64,000 nt of DNA from Centroscyllium fabricii (GCA_051313645.2 JBNRSN020000010.1:36146001-36210000); one strand, 5' to 3'. Shown: positions 1 through 12,519, counted from the stretch's first letter. Notes: generated by a model from the letters alone, not told the origin. Translations and numbers: made by a program.

Positions 1-265
1 GCGCAGCCCTGATTTTTTAAATCACTCCACCATTGGTGGCCTTACCTTCAGCTGCCTTGGCCCTAGTCTCTGGAATTTCCTCCCTAAACCCCTCTACCTC
101 TCTCTCTCCTCCTTTAAGACACTCCTTAAAACCTACCTCTTTGATCAAGCTTTTAGTCACCTGTCCTATTACGTGGCTGGGTGTCAAGTTTTGTTTGATA
201 ATGTTCTGTGAAACACATTTGGGACATTTTACTACATTAAAGGTGTTATATAAATACAAGTTGTG
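1..265 (+). mobile_element. L2-type LINE 3' end fragment
   Basis: L2 3' motif (ccttcagctgcc...ctctggaattccctccc...ttaaaacctacctcttt) ending in aagttgt. The same sequence recurs at ~21050, 22520, 48500 and 62920. Confidence 0.7.
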
Positions 266-1353
266 GTTTAGGCATACATTGGAAATGGTACAGGGTTACC
301 AGCGTATGCTCTGGATCGCTCCGACTGACCAGGCAGCTAACACTCTGGCTACAGTTACGATTCAAGGTTGTTACATAGGAACATAGGAATTCTAGACAAA
401 AGATCAAGCACTTTTGAGTTCACCCTCTAACATCCTGGTCGTCGCCTGATACGACAATAATGGAGTTGTTGACTAATCACAGCAATCAATCACTATCAAT
501 TAGCCTACAACAGACCCAGACATAGAATCATAGAATCTCACAGCACAGGAGGAGGCCATTCGGCCCATCGTGCCTGTGCCAGCTCTTTGAGCCAGCTACC
601 CAATTAGTCTCTGCTCTTTCCCCATAACCCTGCAATTCTTAAAAGCTACTATTGAATCTGCTTCCACCATGCTTTCAGGCAGTGCATTCTGATCACAACT
701 CGTTGTGTAAAAAAATGTCTCCTCCTCGCCCCCTTGGCTCTTTTGCCAATTTTCTTCAATCTATGTCCTCTGCTCATCGACCCCCCCGCACCCCCCCCGC
801 CCCCCCGCCCCTGGAAATAGATTCTCCCTGTCTTATTTTTAATTGATTTGCGGAATGTGGGCGTCGCTGGCAAGGCCAGCATTTATTGCCCATTCCTAAT
901 TGCCCTTGAGAAGGTGGTGGAGAGCCGCCTCCTTAAACCACTGCAGACCGTGTGGTGAAGGTACTCCCAGTGTTACTACTCTACTCTATCAAAACCTGTC
1001 ATCATTTTGAACACCTCAATTAAATCTCACCGTAACCTTTTCTGCTCTTAAGCGAACAACCCCAGTGTAGAATATGAAAATTCCGATCAAATAATTGAGC
1101 CCACATGGAGGAACGTTGAACAACAGGTCTTTACTTTCAGAAATTGATCTCTGCACTGACTCCAAAAGCCCGCGAATCACGTGATGACATCATTGCGTCG
1201 CATCACGTGGGTCCGTTTTTCCTGTGCTCTTAAAGGGAAGGTTACATACAGAAGTTAAAGGGAATTATACACAAGTGCTTTATATACAGATATCTACAGT
1301 GGGATGTGGACCTGCCACATGTGCCCCCCCAGAATTCTCTTTAACAGAGAGAG

Positions 1354-4300
1354 TCAATCGTACGGGCAGCTTGACGAGACGACCAGAACGGTTGTAGTAT
1401 CCAGACGTCGGAGGCTGCGGTGTGCCCTGCGGACTGGTAGGCTGGAGGGCTGGCAGGCTGGTTGGATGGCAGAATGGCAGGCGGGTGGACTGGTCAGCTG
1501 GCAGGAGGGCGGACTGGTGGGCGGCTGAAGTGCTTCAGGGAGGACGCCGATAGGAGGTCTTCCACGCTTCGGTGGCAGTGCCGGCTGTACCGGGGAGTCA
1601 GGGTCCAGGTGCGCAGTTTTGAGGCAGTCTACGGAGACGTGGTCGGGCTTGCCACCCATGTCAAGGGTGAAGGACTTTGCACCCGCCTTCAACACATGGA
1701 AGGGCCCAGAGTACGGGGCCTGGAGAGGATCTCTGTAGGCGTCTTGGCGCACAAAGATGTATTCGGCTTGTTGCAGATCCCTGGGCATGTGAGCGTGCCG
1801 AACACCGTGCTGCGATGTGGGGATCGGGTGGAAGCATCTGGCGGCTTCTTGGTACAGTGCCAGTTGTGCGGAGGCGGACCAGGGCTCGGTGGCGGTAGGT
1901 ATAAAGTCATGTGGCACTTTGAGAGGTTGTCCGTAGACCAACTCTGCAGAGGAGGAGTTCAGATCTTCTTTTGGAGCCGTGCGAAGTCCCAGCAAGACCC
2001 ACGGCAGCTTGTCTACCCAGCCGGTGCTCTGGAGACTGGCCCTCAGTGCAGCCTTCATCGACCTGTGAAATCGTTCACAGAGGCCATTTGCTTGTGGGTG
2101 ATAAGTGCTGGTCCTGTGAAGCTTCGTGCCAAGTCCCTGGGCGACTGCGGTCCAGAGCTGCGATGTAAATTGCGGACCGCTGTCCGACAAGATGTCAGCC
2201 GGGACGCCGAACCTATGTCGCAAGGAAAGCCCTGGCCACGTCAGCTGCGGTGGTGGAGGCAAGTGGGACTGCCTCTGGCCATCTCGTGGTGTGGTCCACC
2301 ATTGTTAAAATGTGGGAGAAGCCTTGAGACGGTGGAAGCGGGCCCACCAAGTCCACATGGACGTGGTCGAATCTGCGTTCTGGCACCGTAAAAGATGCGA
2401 GAGGTACCTTGACGTGCCGGTGTGTCTTTGCTTTCTGGCATACTAGGCACGTGTTCGCCCAGTCCCAGACATCCTTGTGTAGGCCATGCCACACGAACTT
2501 TGCCGCCATCAGTTTCTGCGAGGCTTTCATTCCCGGGTGCGACAACCCGTGTACCACATCGAAAACACGGCGCCGCCAGGTGGCTGGAACAACCGGCCAA
2601 GGGTCCTTGATGGCGATGTCGCAGAGTAAGGTGGTACCTGCTGCTTGGAAATAGATGTTGGTCAGTTTGAGGCCCGTGACCGCTGTCCTGTAGGACTGAA
2701 CCTCTGCGTCGGAAAGCTGTTCCGCCGCCATGCGAGCGTAATCAATGCCGAGGTGAACGGCCTGTAGGGCTGGGCGGGAGAGGCAATCCGCCACCGTGTT
2801 CTCTTTGCCAGCCATGTGGCGAATATCAGTAGTGAACTCCGAGATAAATGTGAGTTGACGCTGCTGCCGCGCGGACCACGGTTCAGCGGTCTTAGACATT
2901 GCGAATGTCAGAGGTTTGTGATCCACGAATGCCGTGAAAAGGCAACCTTCCAACAGGAACCGAAAGTGCCTGATCGCTAAAAACAGAGCGAGCAACTCTC
3001 TGACGAAGGTACTATACGCCCTCTCGTTTTTGCGGAGCTGGTGGCTGAGGAACGCCAGGGGATGCCACGCGCCATCGACCCATTGCTGTTGGACCGCCCT
3101 GATGGCATAGTCGGACGTGTCCGTCGTGAGTGCTATCGTGGCACCCGGTCTAGGGTGTGCTAGCATAGTGGCATTGGCCAATGCGAGCTTCATGTTTTCG
3201 AAAGCTAGGGACATTTCGGCCGTCCAGGGGAGTGGGTGTTTGCCGGTCTTGCCTCTGGTGGCCTCATAGAGTGGTCGCATGAGGAGTGCAGCTTTTGGCA
3301 CAAACCAATGGTAGAAGTTGACCATCCCCAGGAACTCCTGCAGGGACTTGACCGTCTGGGGCTGTGGGAAAGCCGACACCACGTGTACCTTAGCCGGAAG
3401 GCGAACTGCTCCTTCAGCCGAGATGCGATGGTCGAGAAAATCAATCTGAATCAAGCCGAACTGGCATTTGGCAGGGTTGACGATGAGCCTGTGCTGGTTC
3501 AGACATTGAAAGAGGGCACGTAGGTGCGTAAGGTGCTCCAATCTGTTTGCGCCACCAAGATATAGTCGAGGTAAACGAAGATGAAGGGAAGGTCCCGAAG
3601 CACTGAGTCCATCAGGCGCTGAAAGGCTTGGGCGGCATTCTTCAGACCAAAAGTCATCCTCAGAAATTCAAATAGGCCAAAAGGAGTGATAACCGCGGTC
3701 TTCTGCACGTCCTTCAGGTGCACAGAGACTTGATGGTAGCCGCCGACTAGGTCCACTTTCGAGAAGATGAGCTTGCATGCCAAGTGCGCGGAGAAATCCT
3801 GAATATGAGTGATGGGGTAGCGGTCTGGTGTGGTGGTGTCATTCAGTCGCCGGTAGTCACCGCAGGGTTGCCATCTACCGCCAGGTTTCGGTACAATGTG
3901 CAGAGGAGAGGACGAGGGACTATTCGACCTGCAAATAATCCCCAGTCGCTTCATCGTGGCGAATTCCGCCTTCGCCACCACCATCTTGCCAGGATCGAGG
4001 CGTCGAGCCCGCGCATAGACCAGGGGGCTGGTGGTGGATATGTGGTACTCCATGCCATGCTTGACCGATGCGGATGAGAAAGTGGGTTGCATGAGGCCGG
4101 GAAATTCGCTCACAAGGCGACAGTATTCATCCGGTGCTGGAGAGGCACACAAGACAGAGCGTGCCGCCGTGTTGCTGCGCTGACATGGCAAGGAATGAAA
4201 AGTGGCCGCGTTAATGAGTCGCCGGTCGCAGACATCGACGAGGAGGCCGTGGGCACACACGAAATCGGTGCCAAGCAGAAGCTGGGAAACTGTAGCCGTG

Positions 4301-4533
4301 ATGAAGTCCCAGTGGAACCGTTGCCCGTCAAAGCAGACTTCCGCCCACCACTTGCCGAATGTGTGGATAGTGGAGCCATTAGCTGCCTTGAGGGGAGGCC
4401 TGTGCTGACCAGCCTGGATGTCGAGGGTGGACGCGGGCTGTATGCTGCACTGTGCGCCAGTGTCACAGAAAAACCACTGACCCAAGAGGGAGTCCGTAAT
4501 GTAGAGGAGCTTCCCTGCCGAACCTACTGCCAT
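1354..4533 (-). pseudogene. Gypsy pol (protease, RT, RNase H, integrase), frameshifted
   Basis: ORF 3499-4533 has PR CDTGA and RT with YLDD mutated to YLDY. ORF 2213-3541 has RH TTDTSD and IN HHCC/VDLVGPLP. ORF 1354-2262 has SDSGPQF, NGLCERFH and GPF. Confidence 0.9.
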
Positions 4534-4580
4534 TGTTGCAGCGGGAGGGCGGCTAGAAGTGTTCCGCCGCGGCCGCGAGC

Positions 4581-5252
4581 TCAGTGGTCCGGGTTTTTTT
4601 TTGAAGTGAACGTGCAGGGCGGGCGGCGGCGTTGTGCCTTCGCGCCAAACCTGGCGTGGTAGTAGCAGAGACCCGATGCCTGGCGAGCTGGGGCATTTTC
4701 CGCGGGAGCGGGGTGCCTTGTGGCGGCGCAGCTGAGTCTGGTCACGGCAAATATTTTATCGGCTGCTGCCGCGAGCTGAACACAGTCAGTGATCGACGAA
4801 TCCGCAAGGGCGGCCTGAACCTGCTCAGGCAACTGGCTGAGGAACAATGCCCTGAAGAGGAAGCATTGGGTCTCCGATCCAAGCAGCGTGAGCATTTGGC
4901 TCATCAGTTGGGTGAGGGTCGAATCCCCGAGGCCAGGCAATGTGAGCAGCTGGCGGGCTCGCTCGTCTTTAGAGAGACCGAAGACTTGTAGAAGTCTGGA
5001 TTTTAAAGCTTCATACTTGCCCGTCTTCAGCGGACTCTCGAGGAGATCGACGACTCTGGAAGCTGTAGAACTGTCGAGGGCCAAGACAACGTATAGGAAC
5101 TTGGTGTTGTCCTCCTCGACGTCCCGTAGAGTGAACTGGGCCTCGATGTGTACAAACCACGCGGGCGCCTGCTGCTCCCAGAAAGAAGGCAGTTTCAGGG
5201 CCACAGCGTCCGCTGCCATAATGCTGAAGAAGCTGGTGAAAACGTTCACCAA
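4581..5252 (-). CDS. Gypsy Gag with degenerate CHCC knuckle
   Basis: LKLPSFW...AWFVHIEAQF N-terminus. CYYHARFGAKAQR(R)RPPC matches C-X2-H-X9-C-X3-C with one Cys changed to Arg. Confidence 0.85.
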   Translation of the reverse strand: MVNVFTSFFSIMAADAVALKLPSFWEQQAPAWFVHIEAQFTLRDVEEDNTKFLYVVLALDSSTASRVVDLLESPLKTGKYEALKSRLLQVFGLSKDERARQLLTLPGLGDSTLTQLMSQMLTLLGSETQCFLFRALFLSQLPEQVQAALADSSITDCVQLAAAADKIFAVTRLSCAATRHPAPAENAPARQASGLCYYHARFGAKAQRRRPPCTFTSKKNPDH

Positions 5253-5253
5253 C

Positions 5254-5265
5254 TCGGGGTCACCA
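5254..5265 (-). promoter_or_regulatory. Primer-binding site complementary to tRNA-Trp 3' end
   Basis: TGGTGACCCCGA, one base after the 5' LTR on the minus strand. Confidence 0.8.
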
Positions 5266-5391
5266 ATGTAGGAATACGAAAGATCCTATCAAAATAATGG
5301 AGCCCACATGGAGGAACGTTGAACAACAGGTCTTTACTTTCTGAAATCGATCTCTGCACTGACTCCAAAAGCCCGCGAATCACATGATGAC

Positions 5392-6327
5392 TTCAATTCA
5401 ATTCAATTCAATTCAAGTTTTATTGTCATTGCAGAGTACTAGTACAATACAACAAGACGAAGACTCGACTCTCCCGAGAGTAGTGCAAACAAAATAAATA
5501 AATTACATGCAAATTGCATACAGTAAAGTTCATTATCAGTCGTGCAGGTACCGGAGTTTTTTTTTAGAGTTCAGGAGGCTGACAGCCCTGGGGAAGAAGC
5601 TGTTCTGAAATCTAGTCGTGCGGGTGCAAATTGCTCTGTAGCGTCTCCCGGAGGGCAGAGGGGCGAACAGACTGTGGCTGGGGTGTGTGGGGTCTTTAAT
5701 AATGTTCATAGACCTCCGTAAGCAGCGTTTGAGGTAGATGCTTTCCATTGACGGTGGCTGTGTACCGGTAATTCGTTGGGCAGTTTTGACTACCCGCTGC
5801 AGGGTTTTCCAGTCCGAGATAGTGCAATTACCATACCAGACAGTGATGCAGCTTGTCAGTATGCTTTCTATTGTGCAGCGGTAGAAGTTGGAGAGGATGC
5901 CGGATGACAGCCTGGCTTTCTTCAGCTTCCTAAGGAAGTACAGGCGCTGTTGGGCCTTCTTAACCAGAGAGGAGGTGTTTAGTGACCAGGAGAGATCTTC
6001 CGAGATGTGGACCCCGAGGAACTTGAAGCTGGACACCCTTTCCACCTCAGCCCCTTGGATGAAGATGGGGGTGTGTCTTCTGCTTCCAGTCCTCCGGAAG
6101 TCCACTATGATCTCCTTGGTTTTCTTGGTGTTCAGTGCCAGGTTGTTGTCGGCACACCAACCCACAAGGCGCTGGATCTCATCCCTGTAGGCTGACTCGT
6201 CGTTGTTGGTGATCTGGCCAACCACCGTGGTGTCATCCGTGAACTTGATGATCGTGTTGGAGCCATGGACAGCCGCACAGTCGTGAGTGAAGAGGGAGTA
6301 GAGGAGGGGGCTGAGCACACAACCTTG
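5392..6327 (-). mobile_element. 5'-truncated Rex1/Babar-type LINE inserted in the Gypsy 5' LTR
   Basis: ORF 5536-6318 ([17 protein letters not shown]...KFTDDTT...KTKEIIVDFRR). 3' end has AATAAA plus a (TTGAA)n tail. LTR sequence resumes after 6327. Confidence 0.88.
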
Positions 6328-9300
6328 TCGCGTCGCGTCGCATCACGTGGGTCCATTTTTCCCGCGTTCTTAAAGGGAAGGTTACATACAGAAGTTAAAG
6401 GGAATTATACACGTGCTTTATATACAGTGGGATGTGGACCTGCCACACCAGCTTCTTTAGCCTTTCCACATAACTGAAGTCCCTCATCGCTGGTACATGA
6501 CATAAGGAAAACCCTCAGTGCTGAAGAGCTTTGGGAACCATGGGTCCAAAGTCACCTGTTTCTCCTAAGCCTGCTACACCTGCCACTTAAGTTTAAGAAA
6601 TAAAATTAAACAGAAGCAGAAGGAAACATGTCAGACTTCAGCAGATTACAATGATTTACATAAGTCACAGTCCCTATTTCAAAATAATAGCCATGATCAG
6701 GTCCAGTAAATCTCTTTAGTTTACTCCAGGCCTCTGTGATAGAGAGGTTTTATGGGGCACTGTACAAGTACTGAGTCTTTAGCCGCCTGCCAAAGTAGAA
6801 ATGTACAAGAGTCATTACTGAGGGCCGTAGTTTGCTTTGATGCAGAAGGTCACATTTCAATTCCTGGGGAGTTGCACTGAGCCAGTGGAAGTGGCAGAGG
6901 CAAAGCGATCTGGGATAGCAGGTCACAGGGTGAACAATGAACCCGTTGTACTGTTTGGGCACACAATGGTACGGGGGTTAACCCTATGTGGGCTGGATTG
7001 CTGTGGACGTCGACTTTTAGGTTGGTCAGAGGAGAAGTGACACAGGATGGCAGGTCACAGGGTGAACAATGAACCCGTTGTACTGTTTAAGCACACATTG
7101 GAAATGCTACAGGGATTAACCCCATGTGGGCTGGATTGCCGTGGAAGGGGGCTTTTGTGTTGAGCATATGAGGAGGGTGTGGGGAAGAAACAATATCCGG
7201 CCAGAGCGCACATCTATGTCGAGAAAAGGAATCCTTCGCAATTAAATAAAGCTGTCAATCACAAATAGGTTTCAACAGCACTCTGCCACCCATGCAAGTC
7301 ACATGGCCTTGCTCACAGGACTTCCTGATAGGATCATCGTATAGGTCATGGATCGATATATAAAGGACTGATAGTCTGGTGATCAATCCTAACTGAGAGG
7401 ATCCGCTGAATACCAGTGAGGGTGGCGACACCTCTGGGAGTGCAGTCTAGAACACATCCATGGCACTGTGGGGCAAATGAGTGTACGGGGGGCACAGCAC
7501 ATGTAGAAATGCAGTGGTCACAGGGGATTGGATAGTCAGGGGGATAGACAAGCTTTACTGCAGTCTCGCATGGTGTGTTGCTTCCCTGGTGCCAGGGTAA
7601 AGGACTTCACCGAGAGGGTGCAGAACATTTTGAGGAGTGGGGGAGGGGAGGAAAACAGCCAGAAGTCGTGGTCCATGTTGGAACCAGTGATGTTGGGAGA
7701 AAAAGGGTTGAGGTCCTACAGGCAGAGTTTCAGGAGCTCAGGAGGAAGTTAAAAAGCAGGACTTCAACGGTAGTAGTCCCTGGATTACTCCAAGTGCCAC
7801 GCACCAGTGAGTATTGGAATAGTAGGATAAGATAGACTAGCACATGGCTGGAGAAATTTTGCAGGAAGGAGGACTTCAAATTTCTGGGGCACTGGGACCA
7901 GTTGTGGGGCAGGAGGGACCTGTTCAAGGTGGGCAGGTTGCACCTCAACAGAGCTGGGCCCAATGTCCTCACGGGAAGGTTAACTAGTGCTGTGGGGGAG
8001 GGTTTAAACTCATTGAGCAGGGTAATGGGCACCAGAATGAAACATTAGAGGGGAGGAACACGGTGCACAGAGGACTAGGAGAGGTAAGTAGCACCAAAAT
8101 AAAGAATAGTTCAGAAATAGGAGGGATCAGACTGGAGGCAACCTAAGATGGGTTTGGAGTGCATGTGCATAAATGCACGTAGCGTAGTAAATAAGGTTGG
8201 TGAACTGCAGGCACAAATTACCTCATGGGACTATGAGATAGTGGCAATAACAGAGACCTGTTTCAAAGAAGAGGAGGAGTGGGAACTTAATATTCCTGGC
8301 TACAAGGTATTCAGGAAAGCTAGAGAAGGAAAAAAGGGGTGTGTGGTGGAGAGGGGTGGCAGTATTGATCAAATAAACTATTATAGCACTGGAGAGGGTT
8401 GATGTAGTTGAGGGGTCTATTTAGTTAGAATTAAGGAACAATAGAGGAGCTATTACACTTCTGGGTGTGTACTATAGGCCACCAAATAGTGGGAAGGAGT
8501 TAGAGGAGCAAATTTGCAGGGAAATTGCTAAAAGATGCAAGAACTACAGAGTAGTGATAATGGGGGACATCAATTATCCTAATATAGACTGGGATAGTAA
8601 CAGTGTAACGGGAAAAGAGGAAAGGAATTCCTGAAATATGTACAAGAAAACGTTCTTGATCAGTGTGTTTCTAGCCAACGAGGAAGGAAGCAGAGCTGGA
8701 TCTAGTTCTAGGGAATGAAGTGGGGCAAGTGGAGCATGTTTCAGTGGGAGATCATGTGGGGAACAGTGATCATAAAATCTATTAGACTATTAGAATAGTT
8801 ATAGAAAAGCACAAGGTACACTCAAGCATGAAAATACTTAACTGGAGGAAGGCGAACTTTGGTGAGTTGAAAAGGGATCTGGCCCAGGTGGATTTAATTC
8901 AAAGATTGGTTGGCAAAACAGTAATTGAACAATGGGAGGCCTTCAAAGAGGAGATGGTTTGGGTACAGAGTAGACACATTCCCACAAGGGGGAGAGAAAG
9001 GGCATCGAAAGCTAGAGCTCCCTGGATGATCAAAGGTATAGCGATTAAAATGAAACAGAAAAAGGAGGCTTCTGACAAATGTATGGTTGATAAAACAGTG
9101 GAGAACCAAGCTGAATATAGGAAGTACAGAGGAGATCTAAAAAAGGGAACAAGAGGGGAAAAGTTAAAGTATGAGAATAGATTAGCAGCTAACATAAAAG
9201 GGAACCCAAAAGTCTTTCATAAACATATAAATAGCAAAAGGGTAGTGAAAGTAAGGGTGGGGCCGATTAGGAATCAAAAAGGAAATATCCCTGGGAGGAA

Positions 9301-9913
9301 GAGGGCATGGCTGAGGTACTAAATGAGTACTTTGCATCTGTCTTCACTAGAGAAGAGGATGCTGCCAATGTAGCAGTGAAGGAGGCGGTAGCAGTAATAT
9401 TGGATAGGATAAAAATAGATAAAGATGATGTAATTAAATGTTTAACAGTCCTCAAAGTAGAAAAGTCTGGATTGGATGCATCTGATGTGACTGAGGGAAA
9501 TAAGGGTGGAAATTGTGGAAGCTCTGGCCACAATCTTCCAATCTTCCTTGGATATGGGGGTGGTGCCACAGGACTGGAGGATTGTAAATGTTGCACCCCT
9601 TATAAAATTAGGAAGGATAAACCCGGCAACTACAGGCCAGTCAGCCTAATGTCGGTGGTGGGGAAACTTTTAGAGACAATAATCCGGGATAAAATGAATT
9701 GGCATTTGGAAAAATATGGGCTAATAAATGAAAGTCAGTGCGGATTTGTTAAAGGCAAGTCGTTTTTGACTAACTTGACTGAGTTATTTGATGAAATAAC
9801 AGAGAGAGTTGATGAGGGGAGTGAGGTTGATGTTGTGTATATGGACTTTCAAAAAGGCTTTTGACAAAGTTCCACATTACTTGTTAGCAACATTAAAACC
9901 CATGCGATTAGAG

Positions 9914-10175
9914 CAGGGGTCCCCGCCCGCACCCGAGCACCACCCCCCCGGTCCGCGAAAAAACCCCCGCCAGCAAACCCCCCCCGGTCCGTGAAAACCC
10001 CCCGGCAGCACCACCCCCCCACCGGTCCGTCAAAAAACCCTCGCCAGCAACCCCCCACCTCCCCCGGTCAGTGAAAAAAACCCTGCCAGCATCCCCCACC
10101 CCCCCCCCCCCCGGTCGGTGAAAAAATTGACTAGGTCAAAATGGTCCGCGGTACAAAAAAGGTTGTGGACCGCTG
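9914..10175. mobile_element. hAT (Charlie-type) MITE inserted in CR1
   Basis: Perfect 8-bp TSD GATTAGAG (9906-9913 / 10176-10183). Termini CAGGGGTCC / GGACCGCTG. Internal C-rich tandem units. Confidence 0.85.
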
Positions 10176-10401
10176 GATTAGAGGGGCAGTGGCAGCATGG
10201 ATACAACATTGGCTAGGGGACAGAAAGCAGAGAGTAGTGGTGAAGGGTTGTTTTTCAGACTGGATGGAGATCTGCAGTGGTGTTCCCCAGGGACCACTGC
10301 TCTTTTTGATATATATTAATGAGCTGGACTTGGGTATACAGGGCATGATTTCAAAGTTTGTAGATGACACAAAACTCAGAAATATAGTAAACAATGAGGA
10401 G

Positions 10402-10714
10402 GGCACAGTGGCATAGTGGTTAGCACTGTTGCTTCACAGCGCTAGGGGCCCGGGTTCAAATCCGGCCTCGGGTGACTACCTGTGTGGAGTTTGCACATTC
10501 TCCCCGTGTCTGCGTGGGTTTCCTCCGGGTGCTCCGGTTTCCTCCCACAGTCCAAAGATGTGCGAGTTAGGTTTATTGGCCAGGATAAATTGACCCTTAG
10601 TGTTAGGGGGATTAAATATGTGGGGTTACGGGGATAGGGTGGGATATGTGTCGGTGGAGGCTCGATGGGCCGAAATGGCCTCTATCTGCACTGTAGGGAT
10701 TCTATGATTCTATG
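10402..10714 (+). mobile_element. HE1-like V-SINE inserted in CR1
   Basis: tRNA-like head with A/B boxes (tggcatagtgg, gggttcaaatcc), V-domain gtggagtttgcacattctccccgtg...ggtttcctccgggtgctccgg, and a CR1-type tail gattctatgattctatg. Confidence 0.88.
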
Positions 10715-11475
10715 ACAGTTAACAAACTTCAGGAGGACATAGACAGACTGGTGAAATGGGCAGCCACGTGGCAGATGAAATTTAATGCAGGGAAGTGTGA
10801 AACATTTTGGTAGGAAGAATGAGGAGAGGCAACATAAACTAAATTGCACAATTTTAAAGCGGGTGCAGGAAGAGAGACCTGGGGGTGTACGTACACAGAT
10901 CTTTGAAGACAAGTTGAGAAGGCTGTTAAAGCATACAGGATCCTTGGCTTTATTAATAGAGCAATAGAATAAAAAAGTAAGGAAATTGTGCTAAACATTT
11001 ATAAAACACTGGTTAATCCTGAACTGGCGTATTGTTTTCAATTCTGGGCATTTAGGAAGGATGTGAAGGCCTTGGAGAGGGAACAGAAGAGATTCACTAG
11101 AATGGTACCAGGGATGAGGATCTTCAGTTATGTGGAGACGCTGGCGAAGCTGGGGTTGTTCTCCTTGAAGCAGACAAGTAAAAGAAGAGATTTGATAGAG
11201 GTGTTCAAAGTCATGAATGGTTTTGATAGAGTAAATAAGGAGAAACTGTTTCTGGTGGCAGAAGGGTCAGCACAGGCACAATGAACTGAATGGCCTCCTT
11301 CTGAGCTGCATCATTCTATGATTCCATGAACCGAGAACTCTCAATCCGTATGCCTGAAAGGCTTGTTTTATATTCTTTTCTTCCTCCCTTCTCTTTTCCT
11401 CTACCACCTTTCCTCTCTTTTACTCTTTTTTCCCTTTTTCCTTCCTTCTCTCTCTTCCTTTCTTTCCTCACATCT

Positions 11476-11937
11476 GTGAGTGTCAGCTGTGGCTCAGTTG
11501 GTAGCACACTCGCCTGAGTCAGAAGTTTGTAGGTTCAATTCCTCACTCCAGGGACTTGAGCATATAAAGCTAGGCTGACACTCCAGTGCAGTGCTGAGGG
11601 AGTGCTGCACTGTCGGAGGTGCCGTCTTTCAGATGAGACGCTAAACCGAGGCCCCGTCTGCGCTCTTGGGTGGATGTGAAAGATCCCAAGGCATTATTTC
11701 AAAGAAGTGCAGGGGAGTTATCCCCGGTGTCCTGGCCAACATTTATCGCTCAACCAACATAACAACAACAGATGATCTGTACATTATCACATTGCTGTTT
11801 GTGGGAGCTTGCTGTGCTCAAATTGGCTGCCACGTTTCCCACATTACAACAGTGACTACACTCCAAAAAGTACTCCATTGGCTGTGAAGCACTTTGAGAC
11901 GTCCGGTGGTCGTGAAAGGCGCTATATCAATGCAAGT
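11476..11937 (+). mobile_element. SacSINE1-like DeuSINE
   Basis: tRNA-like head (tggctcagttggt, ggttcaatt), Deu domain ggtgccgtctttcagatgagacg...aaagatccc...gtgtcctggccaa, and an L2-type tail. Confidence 0.82.
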
Positions 11938-12519
11938 TTTCTCCTTTCCTATTTTTTTTCTTCCTCCTTTCCTTCCTTCCTCCCTCTCTACTCATTTGCT
12001 TTTTTCTTTGTTCTTTATTCGTTCCACCTTGCCCAGCATGAGATGAGTTTGGGCCCCGACTTGCAAGGCCTAGTTGAGACGCTGCAGCTGCGACCAGCCC
12101 TAGCTGCTCTTTTCCAGGCCATGTTGGCAGAGAGACAGGTCATCCCCACCCCTGGTACTCTGCAACGTAGCAGAAAGTAACTGAGGAGAAAGTTACTTTG
12201 TCCTGAAAGATTCTATTCAGCCTGCAGTCATCACGGTGCCAGCGTCTAATTAACGGGGGGCGGGGGAGCGGAGGGATCCCGAATGGATCAGCAGCCTGTC
12301 ATTGTTGGCCTTTCATTCTGAAATCCCTGCCGGAAAAACCTCATCCTGCCCTTCCCTTTAATTATCCGGATCCACCATGTCAAATGCAATGATGGTGCGT
12401 TTCGAATTTCCAGCCTACAGCACTTGGACAGGCTGTGTAGCAGCAAAATAAAGACAGAAAAGGCTGGAAAACACACAGCAGGTCCGGCAGCAGTAGGGTC
12501 ACCAATGCTGGTTGGACGT

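Larger units (their letters stand above)
1066..6447 (-). mobile_element. Gypsy LTR retrotransposon, CsRn1-like clade, full length but disabled
   Basis: LTRs at 1066-1319 and 5267-6447 (the latter split by a LINE), with TG...CA ends. 4-bp TSD CCAG (1062-1065 / 6448-6451). G-rich PPT next to 1320, tRNA-Trp PBS, gene order gag-PR-RT-RH-IN. Confidence 0.92.
520..6500 (-). mobile_element. Old CR1 LINE 3' remnant (about 520-1065 and 6448-6500), split by the Gypsy insertion
   Basis: Reverse-strand CR1 tail (catagaat)n plus ggccattcggccc, and FFTQRVV peptide. The sequence aacaaccccag|cttcttt continues across the Gypsy element. Confidence 0.65.
7500..11325 (+). mobile_element. Near full-length degraded CR1 LINE (ORF1 SGNH esterase remnant, ORF2 APE-RT)
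   Basis: VVVHVGT ORF1 motif, NARS...AITET endonuclease, NYRPVSL, YMDFQK, KFVDDTKL, and a 3' tail ending attctatgattccatg. Many stops and frameshifts. Confidence 0.88.

Noticed and set aside
1462-2391. 309-aa plus-strand ORF and similar antisense ORFs over the Gypsy pol genes
   Set aside because: Shadow ORFs of GC-rich coding sequence with no recognisable motifs.
10402-10475. tRNA-like sequences (also at 11485, 38400, 40850)
   Set aside because: They are SINE heads continuing into V or Deu domains, not tRNA genes.
12038-12180. Short ORF MSLGPDLQ...AMLAERQ as a possible upstream PLEKHH exon
   Set aside because: No match to the expected first coding exon motif (W..RC..LE.QL..FR.QA.KIRELLA.K) and no convincing donor site.
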